From contig CAVVEY010000006.1 in NCBI GenBank assembly GCA_963747385.1, positions 88,118 to 152,117 on the forward strand: 64,000 bases of DNA. Direction: 5' to 3'. Below, one piece after another: positions 11,290 through 21,539 of this stretch; the stretch's first letter is position 1, and every line of letters begins with the position of its first letter. A model generated the notes under the pieces. That model saw only the letters and a list, made by a program, of their open reading frames with translations. It was not told where the DNA came from and ran no database searches. The position numbers were made by a program, and so were the translations under genes. Origin of the DNA: an uncultured bacterium. Its GTDB lineage: Bacteria; Krumholzibacteriota; Krumholzibacteriia; Krumholzibacteriales; Krumholzibacteriaceae.

Positions 11290-12162
11290 ATGAACCTCGG
11301 CGCGCACATGTCGATCGCGGGGGGTATGCACCGGGCCCTCGAGCGAGGTCGCTCGATCGGGTGCAACGCGGTGCAGCTCTTCGTGAAAAACACGAACCAG
11401 TGGAGAACGCGGGACCTCGACCCGGACGAGATCGCGCGCTTCAGGGAAGCAGCGGGAGCGTTCGCGCCCGATTTCATCCTGGCGCATTCGAGCTATCTCG
11501 TGAATCTCGCTTCGCCGGATCGGAAGATTCTCGAGCGGTCGCTCGAAGGCTTTCTCGAGGAGATGCGGCGCTCGCGCGAGCTCCAAATCCCGTACCTCGT
11601 CGTTCATCCGGGAAGCCACCGCGGCGCGGGGGAAGCGGCGGGCGTGAAGCGGATCGCCTCGAGCCTCGACGAGATCCTCTCCGCGACGGGCGTCCCGGGG
11701 CCGGAGATTCTGCTCGAGACGACCGCCGGCCAGGGGGATTCGCTCGGGACCACGTTCGACCAGCTCGCGCGCATCATCGGCGCGGTCCGCGCAAACGGCT
11801 CGATCGGAGTGTGTTTCGACACCTGCCACGTATTCGCCGCGGGATACGATCTGCGAACGAAACGGGCGTACGAAGAGACGATCCGGGCTTTCGATCTCGC
11901 GCTCGGACTCGGGAGGCTCAAGGCGTTTCACGTGAACGATTCGAGGAAGGAGCTCGGAAGCAGGGTCGATCGGCACGCGCATATCGGCGAGGGCGCGCTC
12001 GGGCTCGAGGCATTTTCGTTTCTCATGAACGACGAGCGCTTCTTCGACCGCCCCATGGTGCTCGAAACGCCCAAGGGGACGGACGATTCGAACGACATAC
12101 GAAACCTCGCCCTGCTGCGGGGGCTCCGCCGCCCGTCGAAACGGCGAGGATCATCCTCCTAG
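11290..12162 (+). CDS. nfo: deoxyribonuclease IV (endonuclease IV)
   Basis: 290-aa intact ORF: GAHMSIAGG, AVQLFVKN, YLVVHPGSH, LLETTAGQG, CFDTCH, HVNDS, DRHAHIGEG. Confidence 0.9.
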   Translation: MNLGAHMSIAGGMHRALERGRSIGCNAVQLFVKNTNQWRTRDLDPDEIARFREAAGAFAPDFILAHSSYLVNLASPDRKILERSLEGFLEEMRRSRELQIPYLVVHPGSHRGAGEAAGVKRIASSLDEILSATGVPGPEILLETTAGQGDSLGTTFDQLARIIGAVRANGSIGVCFDTCHVFAAGYDLRTKRAYEETIRAFDLALGLGRLKAFHVNDSRKELGSRVDRHAHIGEGALGLEAFSFLMNDERFFDRPMVLETPKGTDDSNDIRNLALLRGLRRPSKRRGSSS

Positions 12163-13191
12163 CTCGGCGGCGAGCTTCCAGTACGGATCGGTCACCGGAT
12201 GCTCCAGCTCCGTCGCCACGCCCCCCCGGATCACCCTCAATCCCTCTTTTTCCGGCACGATCTCGCCGCAGCTCGCGCTCGCGATGCCCTCGGCCGCAAG
12301 GGCGCCTGCAAGCTCGTCGACGTCGCGGCCGTCGACGGCGACGATGAGCGTGCCCTCGCTGATCGAACAGAAGGGATCGAAGCCGAAGATCTCCGCGGTC
12401 TGCTTCACGACCGGCTGGACCGGAATCAGATCCTGCTCGATCCGCAATCCATATGCCCCCGCCTTCGCCATCTCGTAGAGCCCGCCCCAGACGCCGCATT
12501 CGGTCGCGTCATGCATGACATGAACCCCCTTGAACGTCCGCGCGATCGCGCAATCGTCCAGCACGCTCATCTGCCTGAACATCGCGGCGGCTTCCCTCTG
12601 GAAGGCTTCCCCTCCCGCTTCGACGAATTTCCCCGGGAACAGCGCGGCGAGGAGCCCCGTCGTCTCTATCGCCGGTCCCTTCGTTATCAAGATCTCGTCC
12701 CCGATTTTCGCCCGGTGGGGACCCCTCAAATGCCTCTCGTCGCCGACCGCGATGGCCGTCGCCCCGCCGACCATCGGATAGTTGCATCCCGTGTACCGCG
12801 CCGTATGCCCCGTGACGACGCTGATTCCATAACGCTGCGCTTCCTCGTGCACGGCGCTCCACAGCTCCTCGAGCTGATCTTCGGTCGTTTCCGGCGGAAG
12901 GTTGAGATCGATCGCGAGGTACTTCGGCGTGAGCCCGGAGACGGCCACGTCGCATACGACGATGTGAAAACCGAACCAGGCCGCTCTCGCGAATCCGAGC
13001 GACGGAACGATGAAGAACGGATCGGTCGACAGCGCGATGACCCTGTCGCCGATTCTGACGACACCGAAGTCGACGCCGTGACGCGGGCCGATCACGACGC
13101 TATCGTCCTGAGCGCCGAGACGGGGGTAGATCACGCGATCGAAAAACTCCGGATGGATCTTGCCGAGATCGGGCAATTTCAAAGCGTTCAT
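12151..13191 (-). CDS. AIR synthase-related protein (PurM/HypE/SelD superfamily)
   Basis: Start at MNALKLPDLGK (ATG 13191-13189), preceded by GGAGGGAGG. It reads DDSVVIGPRHGVDFGVVRIGD...STDPF...GHTARY...MHDATECG. It lacks the SelD GxGCK motif. The track ORF's upstream 320 aa is antisense to trxB and spurious. Confidence 0.7.
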   Translation of the reverse strand: MNALKLPDLGKIHPEFFDRVIYPRLGAQDDSVVIGPRHGVDFGVVRIGDRVIALSTDPFFIVPSLGFARAAWFGFHIVVCDVAVSGLTPKYLAIDLNLPPETTEDQLEELWSAVHEEAQRYGISVVTGHTARYTGCNYPMVGGATAIAVGDERHLRGPHRAKIGDEILITKGPAIETTGLLAALFPGKFVEAGGEAFQREAAAMFRQMSVLDDCAIARTFKGVHVMHDATECGVWGGLYEMAKAGAYGLRIEQDLIPVQPVVKQTAEIFGFDPFCSISEGTLIVAVDGRDVDELAGALAAEGIASASCGEIVPEKEGLRVIRGGVATELEHPVTDPYWKLAAELGG

Positions 13192-13497
13192 GGGTCCTCC
13201 CTCCGCAGGTTCTAACCTGATCAGGTTCAACGGGTCCCCGGATCTCCTCCAGGTTCTCAGCCCCGGCCGGATCGATCGACGTGAGGGGCTCCCCGAACGG
13301 TATCGTTCGTCGCCGAACGCCGCAAGTATCCGCGAGAACGCGTCGTCTGTCAAGCCGCGAGCTTGCCGATCGAGCGGCGCTGAAACGCGGGCCGTCGTTC
13401 CGACGGAACCCCTCGGTCCCGCGTATCCACGTTTTCCCTTGTCCTCGCCCTTTGCAGACTCTATACTTCGAAGCTCAGACTCACGGGAGGATTTTCC

Positions 13498-14431
13498 ATG
13501 TACGACGTCACTATCATCGGATCGGGTCCCGCGGGCCTCACCGCGGCGATCTACACGCGCCGCGCCGAGCTCGCGACGCTCGTCGTCTCGGGCGCGCAGC
13601 CCGGCGGACAGCTCACGATCACGTCGGAGGTTGAGAATTTTCCCGGATTCCCCGAGGGCATCCAGGGTCCGGAGCTCATGGATCGGATGCGGAAGCAGGC
13701 GGAGAAGTTCGGCGTCGAATTCGACCTCGGAGAGGTCACGGCGGTCGATCTCGAAGCGAAGCCGTTCAAGATCACGATCGGGAAGAAGGCCGTCGAGACG
13801 CGCGCCGTCATCATCGCGACGGGCTCGGCGAGCCGCTGGCTCGGGCTCGAATCGGAGGCGAAGCTCCGCGGCAAGGGAGTCTCGGCGTGCGCGACGTGCG
13901 ACGGATTCTTCTTCACCGGAAAGCACGTCGCCGTCGTCGGGCGGCGGGGACGCGGCGATCGAGGAGGCGACCTTCCTCACGAGATTCGCGAGCCGCGTGA
14001 CCGTCGTGCACCGGCGCGACGAGCTCCGCGCGTCGAAGGCGATGCAGAAACGGGCGCTCGACAACCCGAAAATCGACTTCGAATGGAATTCGACCGTCGA
14101 GGAGATTCTCGATCCGGCGAAGAACAAGGTCACCGCGCTCGTCCTCAAGAACGTCAAGACGGGCGAGAAGAAAGAGCTCCCCGTCGACGGCGTCTTCGTC
14201 GCGACCGGCCATGAGCCCGCGACGGGCCTGTTCAGGGGAAAGATCGATCTCGACGAAAAAGGCTACATCGTGACGCGCGGCACGCGGACGTCGGTGAACG
14301 GCGTCTTCGCCGCGGGAGACGTGCAGGACCCGCGCTATCGCCAGGCGATATCGGCCGCGGGAAGCGGATGCCAGGCGGCGATCGAAGCGCTCAAGTTCCT
14401 CGAAGGCGAGGACGCGCTGCCGGGCTGGTGA
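13498..14431 (+). CDS. trxB: thioredoxin-disulfide reductase, frameshifted in assembly
   Basis: [19 protein letters not shown]...[11 protein letters not shown]...KHVAVVG, then a frame change at the GGG run 13939-13941. It continues [32 protein letters not shown]...[10 protein letters not shown]...[14 protein letters not shown], with a stop at 14429-14431. Confidence 0.9.
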
Positions 14432-14436
14432 ATCGC

Positions 14437-15187
14437 ATGGAGACAATTCGCAGGAAGACGCGCTCTCGTCACGGGAGGCTCCCGCGGCATCGGCCGCGCG
14501 ATCGCCCTCAGGCTCGCGAGCCTCGGCGCCGACGTCGCCGTCAACTACGTAAAGAACGATCAGGCCGCCGGGGAGACGGCGCTCGAGATCGAGCGGCTCG
14601 GGCGGCGGGCTCTGCGGGTCAAAGCGGACGTCTCGGAGCCGAAAGAGGTGAAGAGCCTCTTCGCGGCCGCGAAGGAGGCGTTCGGCGGGCTCGACATCTT
14701 CGTCTCGAACGCCGTCTCGGGCGTTCTCGGCCCCGCGACGCGCATCGGAAAATTCGGCTGGGACCTCGCCCTCAACGCGAACGCCCGCGCGTTCCTGCTC
14801 GGCGCGCAGGAAGCGGTGAAGCTCTTTCCCGAATCGGGAGGAAAGATCGTCGCGGTCTCGTCGATAGGAAGCTTCTCGTGCCTGCCCGGCTACGCCGCGG
14901 TGGGCGCGAGCAAGGCCGCTCTCGAAACGCTCGTCCGGTATTTCGCGAAGGAGCTCGCTCCGCGCGGCATCAACGTGAACGCCGTATCCGGCGGACCCGT
15001 CGACACCGCGGCGCTCGACTATTTTCCCGAAAAGGAAAAGATCCTCGAGGCGTGGAAGGATCGCACGCCCGCCGGGCGCATCGCGAAACCCGAAGAGATC
15101 GCCGCGGTGGCCGTGTTTCTTCTCTCGGACGAGGCCTCCTGGATCCAGGGGCAAACGATCGTCGTCGACGGCGGCCTCACGCTCTAG
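14437..15187 (+). CDS. fabL: short-chain dehydrogenase, FabL-like enoyl-ACP reductase; start region frameshifted
   Basis: The track shows only 14648..15187. The same frame stays open back to the trxB stop and reads [34 protein letters not shown], but has no start codon. ATG 14437 joins it if one base of AATT (14445-14448) is removed. It resembles my memory of B. subtilis FabL along its whole length (SSxxS...[12 protein letters not shown]). Confidence 0.7.
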
Positions 15188-15190
15188 CGC

Positions 15191-15712
15191 TCACGCGCCG
15201 TCCAGGTGACGGCCTCCCTTGCGCTCCATCCACTCCTGCGGATCGGTGAAATATTCGAGCGTGTCCTCGAGCGAGAGCCGGTGCTCGCGCTCCATCGACG
15301 CGAGAAGCGTGAAGAACCGCTTCTCGGCCTTGTCCTTGGCCTCGGCGGCGAGCTTCTCGTAGAAGTTCTCCCCCTTGTGCTCGAAATCGATCGCCGCCTT
15401 GACCGCGGCTATATCGTCGTCGTCGCTCTCGGGGGAATCCGTCGCCTCTTTCACGAGACGGCCGAGCGCTTCCGTGACCCGCGTCGGGATTTCGATCGAG
15501 AAACCGTCGGGCCACTTGTTGCGCTCCTCGAGCTTCGTGTGGAGCTCGACGAGCCGCTTGTAATGCTCGTTCTCGTCGGCCGCGATCGATTCGAACATCT
15601 GCCTTCCGAGGACGTCCTTCGTGCGCTTTGCGTGCGCCAGATAGAAATCTCGCTCCTTCTCCTCGTTCGTGAGCGCGAGCTTGAGAGCTTCCAGCTTTTG
15701 TACGCCGTCCAT
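15191..15712 (-). CDS. rubrerythrin/ferritin-like diiron protein
   Basis: 173-aa ORF with two ExxH-type helices (ADENEHYKRL and ASMEREHRLSL). Confidence 0.65.
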   Translation of the reverse strand: MDGVQKLEALKLALTNEEKERDFYLAHAKRTKDVLGRQMFESIAADENEHYKRLVELHTKLEERNKWPDGFSIEIPTRVTEALGRLVKEATDSPESDDDDIAAVKAAIDFEHKGENFYEKLAAEAKDKAEKRFFTLLASMEREHRLSLEDTLEYFTDPQEWMERKGGRHLDGA

Positions 15713-15740
15713 TGCGATGAACCTCCCTGGGCTTCATGCC

Positions 15741-15770
15741 TTGACACGCGGGAACGCGATACCCTATTAT
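15741..15770 (+). promoter_or_regulatory. sigma-70-type promoter TTGACA-18-TATTAT
   Basis: -35 at 15741-15746 and -10 at 15765-15770, upstream of the CDS at 15863. Confidence 0.5.
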
Positions 15771-15772
15771 CA

Positions 15773-15786
15773 ATAAGAATTCTTAT
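15773..15786. promoter_or_regulatory. perfect 14-bp palindrome ATAAGAATTCTTAT (candidate Fur/PerR-family operator)
   Basis: 7+7 inverted repeat, 3 nt downstream of the -10 and between two divergent ferritin-like genes. Confidence 0.4.
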
Positions 15787-15862
15787 CGCTTGCTTCTATC
15801 AAGGTAATTTTGCCCTCGATGCAAGTAAAGCGAAAAGTGAGCCGACACGAAAGGAAGCTGTC

Positions 15863-16369
15863 ATGGAACGCGAACGCGACCTCACGACACTCGAAGTCCT
15901 CAGCATCGCGATCAAGTCCGAGATCGAAGCGATCAAGCTCTACCACCGGATGAAGGATAAGGCGAAGAATCCCGACCTCAAGGTGAAGATGGACTTTCTC
16001 GCGTCACAGGAGATGAATCATGAGCGGATACTCACGGAGGCCTATCGGAAGAAATTCCCCGGAGTGGATCTGAGCATGCCGCCGAAGACGCTCGTTCCGA
16101 GCATCGACGATATCCTTCCGGCCGAGGCGACGCTCAAGGAGCTCTTCGTCGCGGCGATGGAGGCGGAGAAGAAAGCCGACGACTTCTATACGGGGCTCGC
16201 GAAGAAGACGCACGATCAGAGCAGCCGGTCGATGCTCGAGTATCTCGCGAGCATGGAACGGAGCCACTTCTCGATCCTTGACGCCGAGTACCGGCAGCTC
16301 CAGTTCACCGAAGACTACAACACGGACGATTTTCTGAGCGGCGGGCGCCTCATGAACGTGGGGCCCTGA
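15863..16369 (+). CDS. rubrerythrin/ferritin-like protein (second, divergent copy)
   Basis: Real start at MERERDLTTLEV (ATG 15863, RBS AAAGGAAG). It has ExxH helices (ASQEMNHERIL and ASMERSHFSIL). The track ORF's upstream part is antisense noise. Confidence 0.65.
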   Translation: MERERDLTTLEVLSIAIKSEIEAIKLYHRMKDKAKNPDLKVKMDFLASQEMNHERILTEAYRKKFPGVDLSMPPKTLVPSIDDILPAEATLKELFVAAMEAEKKADDFYTGLAKKTHDQSSRSMLEYLASMERSHFSILDAEYRQLQFTEDYNTDDFLSGGRLMNVGP

Positions 16370-16417
16370 ACGTTCGACCGGGTCTTCGCGGGCGCGTGAG
16401 CGCCGGCGGGCGCGCGA

Positions 16418-17722
16418 TCACTTCGTATAATGATCTATCATGCGCTCGATCGCCCGTCTGCATACCGGGCAAAACGGCCCGACCTTCTTGGAAAACATGA
16501 TGCAGTCGCGGCACGGCCGGTAGAGCCCCTTCGCCGAGTATCCGGCCCCCTCGAAGACGCCCACGACGCCGTTATGCAGAGAGTCGTCGGGCGTCGGGAC
16601 CGGCGTCCCCTCGAGAACGAGATCTCCCCATTTCACCTTCGCCGTATCGAGGAGCGCCGTGATGTTCGGCTCCCACGGCTCCATTCCCTTCGGGTAGAGA
16701 TCGTTGTACGCGACCTGCGAGCTGTAGTACTCGTCGCCGAGCCCGGCGAACGAGTGGCCGAACTCGTGCGTGAAGATGTAGGCGTCGAACTCGTTGTTCG
16801 AGCAGCCGTTGGAATAGAGATTGAATATGCCCCCTCCCCCGTACCGCTTCGAGTTCGCGATTATGATAATGGCGTCGCAGGGGACGTTCCCGGCGATGTC
16901 GCGCATGACCTTGTTGGAAAAGGTCAGCATGTACCGGGCGATGTCGAACGTGTTGTACGAGAGACCGAGGATCGAATTGCGGTATTTGCCCTCGCGCGGC
17001 TCGTCGACTCCCGATTCGGCCGACGCCGTCTCGACGAGACGCACGTTGAAATCCCTCTTTCTGCTCTTGAACGGCTCGGTGTCGAAAAGCGCGCCCAGAA
17101 GCCGCTCCGCGTCTCCGTGGAGCTTGTGCATCTCGTCCCGGTCGTACCCGTCGCCGAGAACGACGATATCGACTTTGTTCGGAGAAGGACCGCCGTCGAG
17201 AAGCTGCTTCACGCGGAGACCGGCGAAGCGACGCTCCGTGCCGACGTGGTAATCGGCAGGGTCGACGACGAGGTCATAGACGGGCCTGAGAACGTTCTTC
17301 CGGTCCCTCGTGTCGATCCTCACCTGCACCGGCGCTTTCGGCAGCGGGATGATCAACGATTCGTGAAAGGTCCGGGGGAATCCGGCGATCGCCTCGCCCG
17401 TCGTCTTCCATTCGTCGAAAAGGGTCGAATAGCCCCGCGAATAGATCATCGTATTCGTTTTGACGTCGAACACGCGGAGGATGCAGCTTCCCAGATTGAG
17501 CGTGTCGAGAAGGCTGTGCGGGTTTCCCGCCCAGTACGGCTCGATCCGCTCCTCGTCGAGGCTGTACGTCTCCTCCGTCGCGTCGCCGGTATGGTAGAGA
17601 TCGATCCTGAGCGCCTTCGCGGTGAAGAATCGATCGAAGTCGGGAGAGGCCGGCGGACGTTCCGCCGCGGCGATTTGGACGCCTATGGTTATGGCCAGCA
17701 CGAACAGGCAGAGACGACGCAT
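16418..17722 (-). CDS. secreted peptidase M64 (IgA-peptidase-like) family protein
   Basis: Signal peptide MRRLCLFVLAITIGVQIAAA. Reads VDIVVLGDGY, HEFGHSFAGLGDEYY and a C-terminal Cys pair. Confidence 0.75.
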   Translation of the reverse strand: MRRLCLFVLAITIGVQIAAAERPPASPDFDRFFTAKALRIDLYHTGDATEETYSLDEERIEPYWAGNPHSLLDTLNLGSCILRVFDVKTNTMIYSRGYSTLFDEWKTTGEAIAGFPRTFHESLIIPLPKAPVQVRIDTRDRKNVLRPVYDLVVDPADYHVGTERRFAGLRVKQLLDGGPSPNKVDIVVLGDGYDRDEMHKLHGDAERLLGALFDTEPFKSRKRDFNVRLVETASAESGVDEPREGKYRNSILGLSYNTFDIARYMLTFSNKVMRDIAGNVPCDAIIIIANSKRYGGGGIFNLYSNGCSNNEFDAYIFTHEFGHSFAGLGDEYYSSQVAYNDLYPKGMEPWEPNITALLDTAKVKWGDLVLEGTPVPTPDDSLHNGVVGVFEGAGYSAKGLYRPCRDCIMFSKKVGPFCPVCRRAIERMIDHYTK

Positions 17723-17778
17723 CGATGACCTCCTCCTGGAATCCTCCGCCGCCTTCATCGCGGCTGCACATCCTGCAT

Positions 17779-18504
17779 TCAGCGCGACCGGACCACTCCG
17801 GCGCGCGCGCACGAGCGCGTGATCGGACAGATCGAGCATCGGGGCGATACCGGCGCGCAGATCGTTTTTCCGAACGTGACCAGAAGATCGTTTATCTCCA
17901 GCCAGTGTCCCTTCGGAAGCGTCGCGCGGAGACAGGCTTCCGTTTCGACGGGAGCTTTCGTCCTGATGATCCCGAGACGGTTCGCGACCCGGTGCACGTG
18001 CGTGTCGACGCAGATCCCCGGAAGGCCGAACCCGAGCGTGAGAACGAGATTCGCCGTCTTTCTGCCGACGCCGGAAAGCGCGAGAAGCCCTTCCATCGTA
18101 TCGGGGACGCGGCCCCCGAGCTCGTTCGCGATCTTCGCCGAGAGGGCGCGAATCGCCTTCGCCTTCGTGCGATAGAATCCGGCGGGGTAAATCAGCTCCT
18201 CGATCCGTTTCGCGGAAAGAGCCTGGAGCGTCCTCGGCGTCGAGGCTTTCGCGAAGAGCCGCCTCGCCGCCTCCGCCGTCACCTCGTCCTTCGTCCGGGC
18301 GCTGATCACCGTCGAGACGAGCACCTTGAACGGCGAGCGGCTCTTCTGCGCGATTTCGGTGACGGAGGGAGCGCGCTCCCCGAGGACCGCCTTCCGCACT
18401 GCGGGAACGATGCGGCGCATGGTCGCCGTCGCCGCGCGTTTCCCGCGCGGGAACCATTCGACTCGAGGCTCTCTCAGATTCGACAGAGCATTCGTCATGT
18501 ACAT
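17779..18504 (-). CDS. nth: endonuclease III
   Basis: HhH-GPD pattern (FKVLVSTVISARTKD, LSGVGRKTANLVL, VDTHVHRV) and an Fe-S cluster loop (CAPVSPRCSICPITRSC). The start is taken at MYMT, and later Met codons are possible. Confidence 0.85.
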   Translation of the reverse strand: MYMTNALSNLREPRVEWFPRGKRAATATMRRIVPAVRKAVLGERAPSVTEIAQKSRSPFKVLVSTVISARTKDEVTAEAARRLFAKASTPRTLQALSAKRIEELIYPAGFYRTKAKAIRALSAKIANELGGRVPDTMEGLLALSGVGRKTANLVLTLGFGLPGICVDTHVHRVANRLGIIRTKAPVETEACLRATLPKGHWLEINDLLVTFGKTICAPVSPRCSICPITRSCARAGVVRSR

Positions 18505-18702
18505 CTCCCGCGCGGGTCCTCGCGCTGGTTGCACCCCGCGAGTGCTCGTTCGCTTCGCTCGCTGCGCCCCTCGCGGGGGCCCCACCAGCGCCACCCGCTA
18601 TTCGGGGTGTATCATACGCTTGGCGACGCTTCAATTCATTTCCCTTGACAGCGGGCGCGGCAGGTTTTTATCCTTCCCTTTCCCGAACGAGGAGGAATAA
18701 TC

Positions 18703-19854
18703 ATGGATTGGACCTTCACTGACGAGCAGAAAATGCTCAGGGATATGGTCCGCAAGTTCGTCGCGAACGAGATCAAACCCATCGCGGAAAAGATCGACCA
18801 GGAAGAGAAGATACCGAAAGAGCTCATCGGAAAGATCGCGGAGCTCGGACTCCTCGGAGTTTCGTTTCCCCCCGAATACGGCGGCTCCGGCATGGGCGAG
18901 ACGGGCTACTGCATCGTCCAGGAGGAGATCGCTCGGGGATGCTCCTCTACCGCGACCTTCATCGGCGCCCATCAGAGCATCGGAAGTACGGGCATTTACC
19001 TGTTCGGCACCGAGGAACAGAAACAGAAATACCTCGTGCCGCTCGCCGAGGGGCGCAAGATCGCCGCGTTCGCGCTCACCGAATCGAACGCCGGCTCCGA
19101 CGCGTTCAACAGCGAGTCGACCGTCGAGGACAAGGGGGATCACTGGCTCCTCAACGGACGCAAGACCTTCATCACGAACGGGAGCTTCGCCGACGTCTTC
19201 ACCGTATTCGCCAAGCACCTGGGCGGGAAGGCCGACGGCAAGGTCTCGAGCTTCATCGTCGAGAAGGGCTCTCCCGGATTCTCCATCGGCAAGATCGAGC
19301 ACAAGATGGGCATCCGCGGCTCCGAAACGGCCGAGCTCGTCTTCGAGGACGTGAAGATCCCGTACGAGAATCTTCTCGGGCGCGCGGGACGCGGGGTCAT
19401 CGTCGGCATGCGCATACTCGCGTGCGGGCGTCTCGGCCTCGGCGCCGCGACCCTCGGCGCCGCGAAGGAGGCGCTCGCGCTGAGCGCAGCTCATTCGAAG
19501 GAGCGCGTTCAGTTCGGGCACAAGATCTCGCAGAACCAGGCGATCCAGTGGATGCTCGCCGACATGGCGACCGAGATCTACAACATGGAATCGATCGTCT
19601 ACCGCACCGCGTGGATGTACGATCAGGGGATGGACGTGACGAAGGAATCGTCCATGGTGAAGCTCTATTGCTCGGAAGCGCTCGATCGGATCGTCGACAC
19701 GGCGCTTCAGGTGCACGGCGGATACGGCTACATCCGCGAGTACGCGATCGAACGGATGTACCGCGATTCGCGCATCAACAGGCTCTTCGAAGGGACGAGC
19801 GAGATCCAGCGCCTCATCATCGCGCACGAGGTGCTCCACGCGAGACAGATCTAG
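18703..19854 (+). CDS. acyl-CoA dehydrogenase
   Basis: 383-aa intact ORF with typical ACAD motifs (FALTESNAGSD, GGYGYIREYAIERMYRDSRI..LFEGTSEIQ). A TTGACA box at 18645-18650 lies upstream. Confidence 0.9.
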   Translation: MDWTFTDEQKMLRDMVRKFVANEIKPIAEKIDQEEKIPKELIGKIAELGLLGVSFPPEYGGSGMGETGYCIVQEEIARGCSSTATFIGAHQSIGSTGIYLFGTEEQKQKYLVPLAEGRKIAAFALTESNAGSDAFNSESTVEDKGDHWLLNGRKTFITNGSFADVFTVFAKHLGGKADGKVSSFIVEKGSPGFSIGKIEHKMGIRGSETAELVFEDVKIPYENLLGRAGRGVIVGMRILACGRLGLGAATLGAAKEALALSAAHSKERVQFGHKISQNQAIQWMLADMATEIYNMESIVYRTAWMYDQGMDVTKESSMVKLYCSEALDRIVDTALQVHGGYGYIREYAIERMYRDSRINRLFEGTSEIQRLIIAHEVLHARQI

Positions 19855-19893
19855 CGGCACGGACTCATTACCGCCCGCAGGGGTCGTCGATAG

Positions 19894-19928
19894 GCGCGAG
19901 GCCGGCAGGGCCTCGCGCTTTCCGTTTC
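19894..19928 (+). terminator. intrinsic terminator (10-bp GC stem plus TTTCCGTTTC)
   Basis: GCGCGAGGCC (19894-19903) pairs with GGCCTCGCGC (19909-19918) around a 5-nt loop, followed by a T-rich tract. It sits between the convergent acd and comM genes. Confidence 0.6.
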
Positions 19929-21463
19929 AGCTCCCCTCGAGAAACCTCGGCGCGCGGTATTGCACCGCTTCGGCGAGATGCCGCGCCGCGATCTTCTCCG
20001 ATGCGTCGAGGTCGGCGATCGTGCGCGCGACCTGGATGACGTTGCGCCGGCTCCGCGCGCTGAAGAGGAGCCTCCGCTGCGCCGCGGAGAGGAGCTCGCG
20101 CGCTTCCGCCTCCATGAAACTCAGCGATTCGAGATCGGACACGGGCATGTCGGCGTTCCGCTCGATGCCGGGCCTGGCCTGGAAACGCTCCCGCTGCATG
20201 TCGACCGCGCCGAGCACTTCCCGCCGCATTATCTCCGAGCTCATCCCCGACTGTCCCGATTCGCTCTCGAAATCCCGGGGATCGACCGGCTTCACCGGCA
20301 CGTGCAGGGCGATGCGATCGATGAGAGGTCCCGAGATCTTGGCGAGGTATCGCCTGATCGAGATCGGCGTGCATCGGCAGGGATGGCCGGACGCGCCCGC
20401 GTAGCCGCACGGGCACGGGTTCATCGCGGCGACGAGCTGGAAGCGCGCGGGATAGGCGAACGAGGCGTTCGCTCTCGATATGACGATCCGCCCTTCCTCG
20501 AGGGGCTGCCGCAGACTCTCGAGAACGTTACGCTTGAACTCGGTGAGCTCGTCGAGGAAGAGCACTCCGTTGTGCGCGATCGTGATCTCGCCCGGAGAAG
20601 CGCCTCTCCCGCCTCCGACGATACCGGCGTCGCTCGCCGAGTGATGCGGAGCCCTGAACGGCCGCTCGAAGCTCAGCGCGGCGCCGTTCCCGTTGCCGGA
20701 GACGCTCGCGATCTTCGCGTTCTCGAGCGCCTCCTCCTCGCCGAGGGGAGGCAGGATCGTGGGAAGCCGTTTGGCGAGCATCGTCTTCCCGGAGCCGGGA
20801 GGTCCGACCATGATGACGTGATGCCCCCCCGCGGCGGCGATCTGCATCGCCCGCTTCGCCGCGGCCTGCCCCATGATCTGCGCGTAGTCGAGATCGAACC
20901 TGCGCGTTTCCGCGCGCCGGCGAGGCGCCGGGCCTCTCGACGGCGCGCGGCGCGCCGCCTTCGAGCACGCGAAGCGCCTCGCGAAGGTCGGCGCAGGGGA
21001 CGACCTCGATTCCCTTCACCACGGCGGCCTCGGCTCCGTTCGCCTCGGGAACAAGCATGCGGCCGCAGCCGCGATCGCGCGCGTAGAGCGCGATCGGGAG
21101 CGTTCCCTTGACCCGTTTGAGCCGCCCGTCGAGCGCGAGCTCCCCGAGAATGATCGACTGCGGCGAAACGGCTCCCGAGGTCTGGCCGCTCGCCGCGAGA
21201 ATGCCGATCGCGATCGGCAGGTCGAAGGCCGCCCCTTGCTTGCGCACGTCGGCGGGCGCGAGGTTCACCGTGATCCGTTTCTGGGGGAGCTTGAAGCCGT
21301 TGTTCTTGATTGCCGACGTGACGCGCTCGCGGCTCTCGCGGACGGCCGCGTTCGGAAGCCCGACTATCGTGAATGAAGGAAGTCCCGTGGCGAGATCGAT
21401 CTCGACCGTAACCCCGAACCCGTCGATCCCCAACACCGCACCGGAACGAATTTCAGCGATCAT
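19927..21463 (-). CDS. comM: Mg-chelatase-like ATPase ComM/YifB, frameshifted in assembly
   Basis: The N-terminal fragment (MIAEIRSGAVLGIDGF...LAPADVRKQGAAFDLPIAIGILAA) and C-terminal fragment (FDLDYAQIMGQAAAKRAMQIAAAGGHHVIMVGPPGSGKTMLAKRL...) join with a +1 shift at about 20915-20930. Confidence 0.85.
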
Positions 21464-21539
21464 CCCAAACCTCCCCGCACGTCGTCCCACGATCGCCCGG
21501 CGCCCCGCGAGCGCCGCGAGGCGCCCGCCGGAGCGTCAC

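Noticed and set aside
13192-14157. N-terminal 320 aa of the 668-aa ORF 12151..14157
   Set aside because: It is antisense to trxB. The real AIR-synthase-related gene starts at the ATG at 13191, which has a GGAGG RBS.
17723-18634. N-terminal 300 aa of the 738-aa ORF 16418..18634
   Set aside because: It overlaps nth on the same strand in another frame. The M64 peptidase has its own signal peptide starting at 17722.
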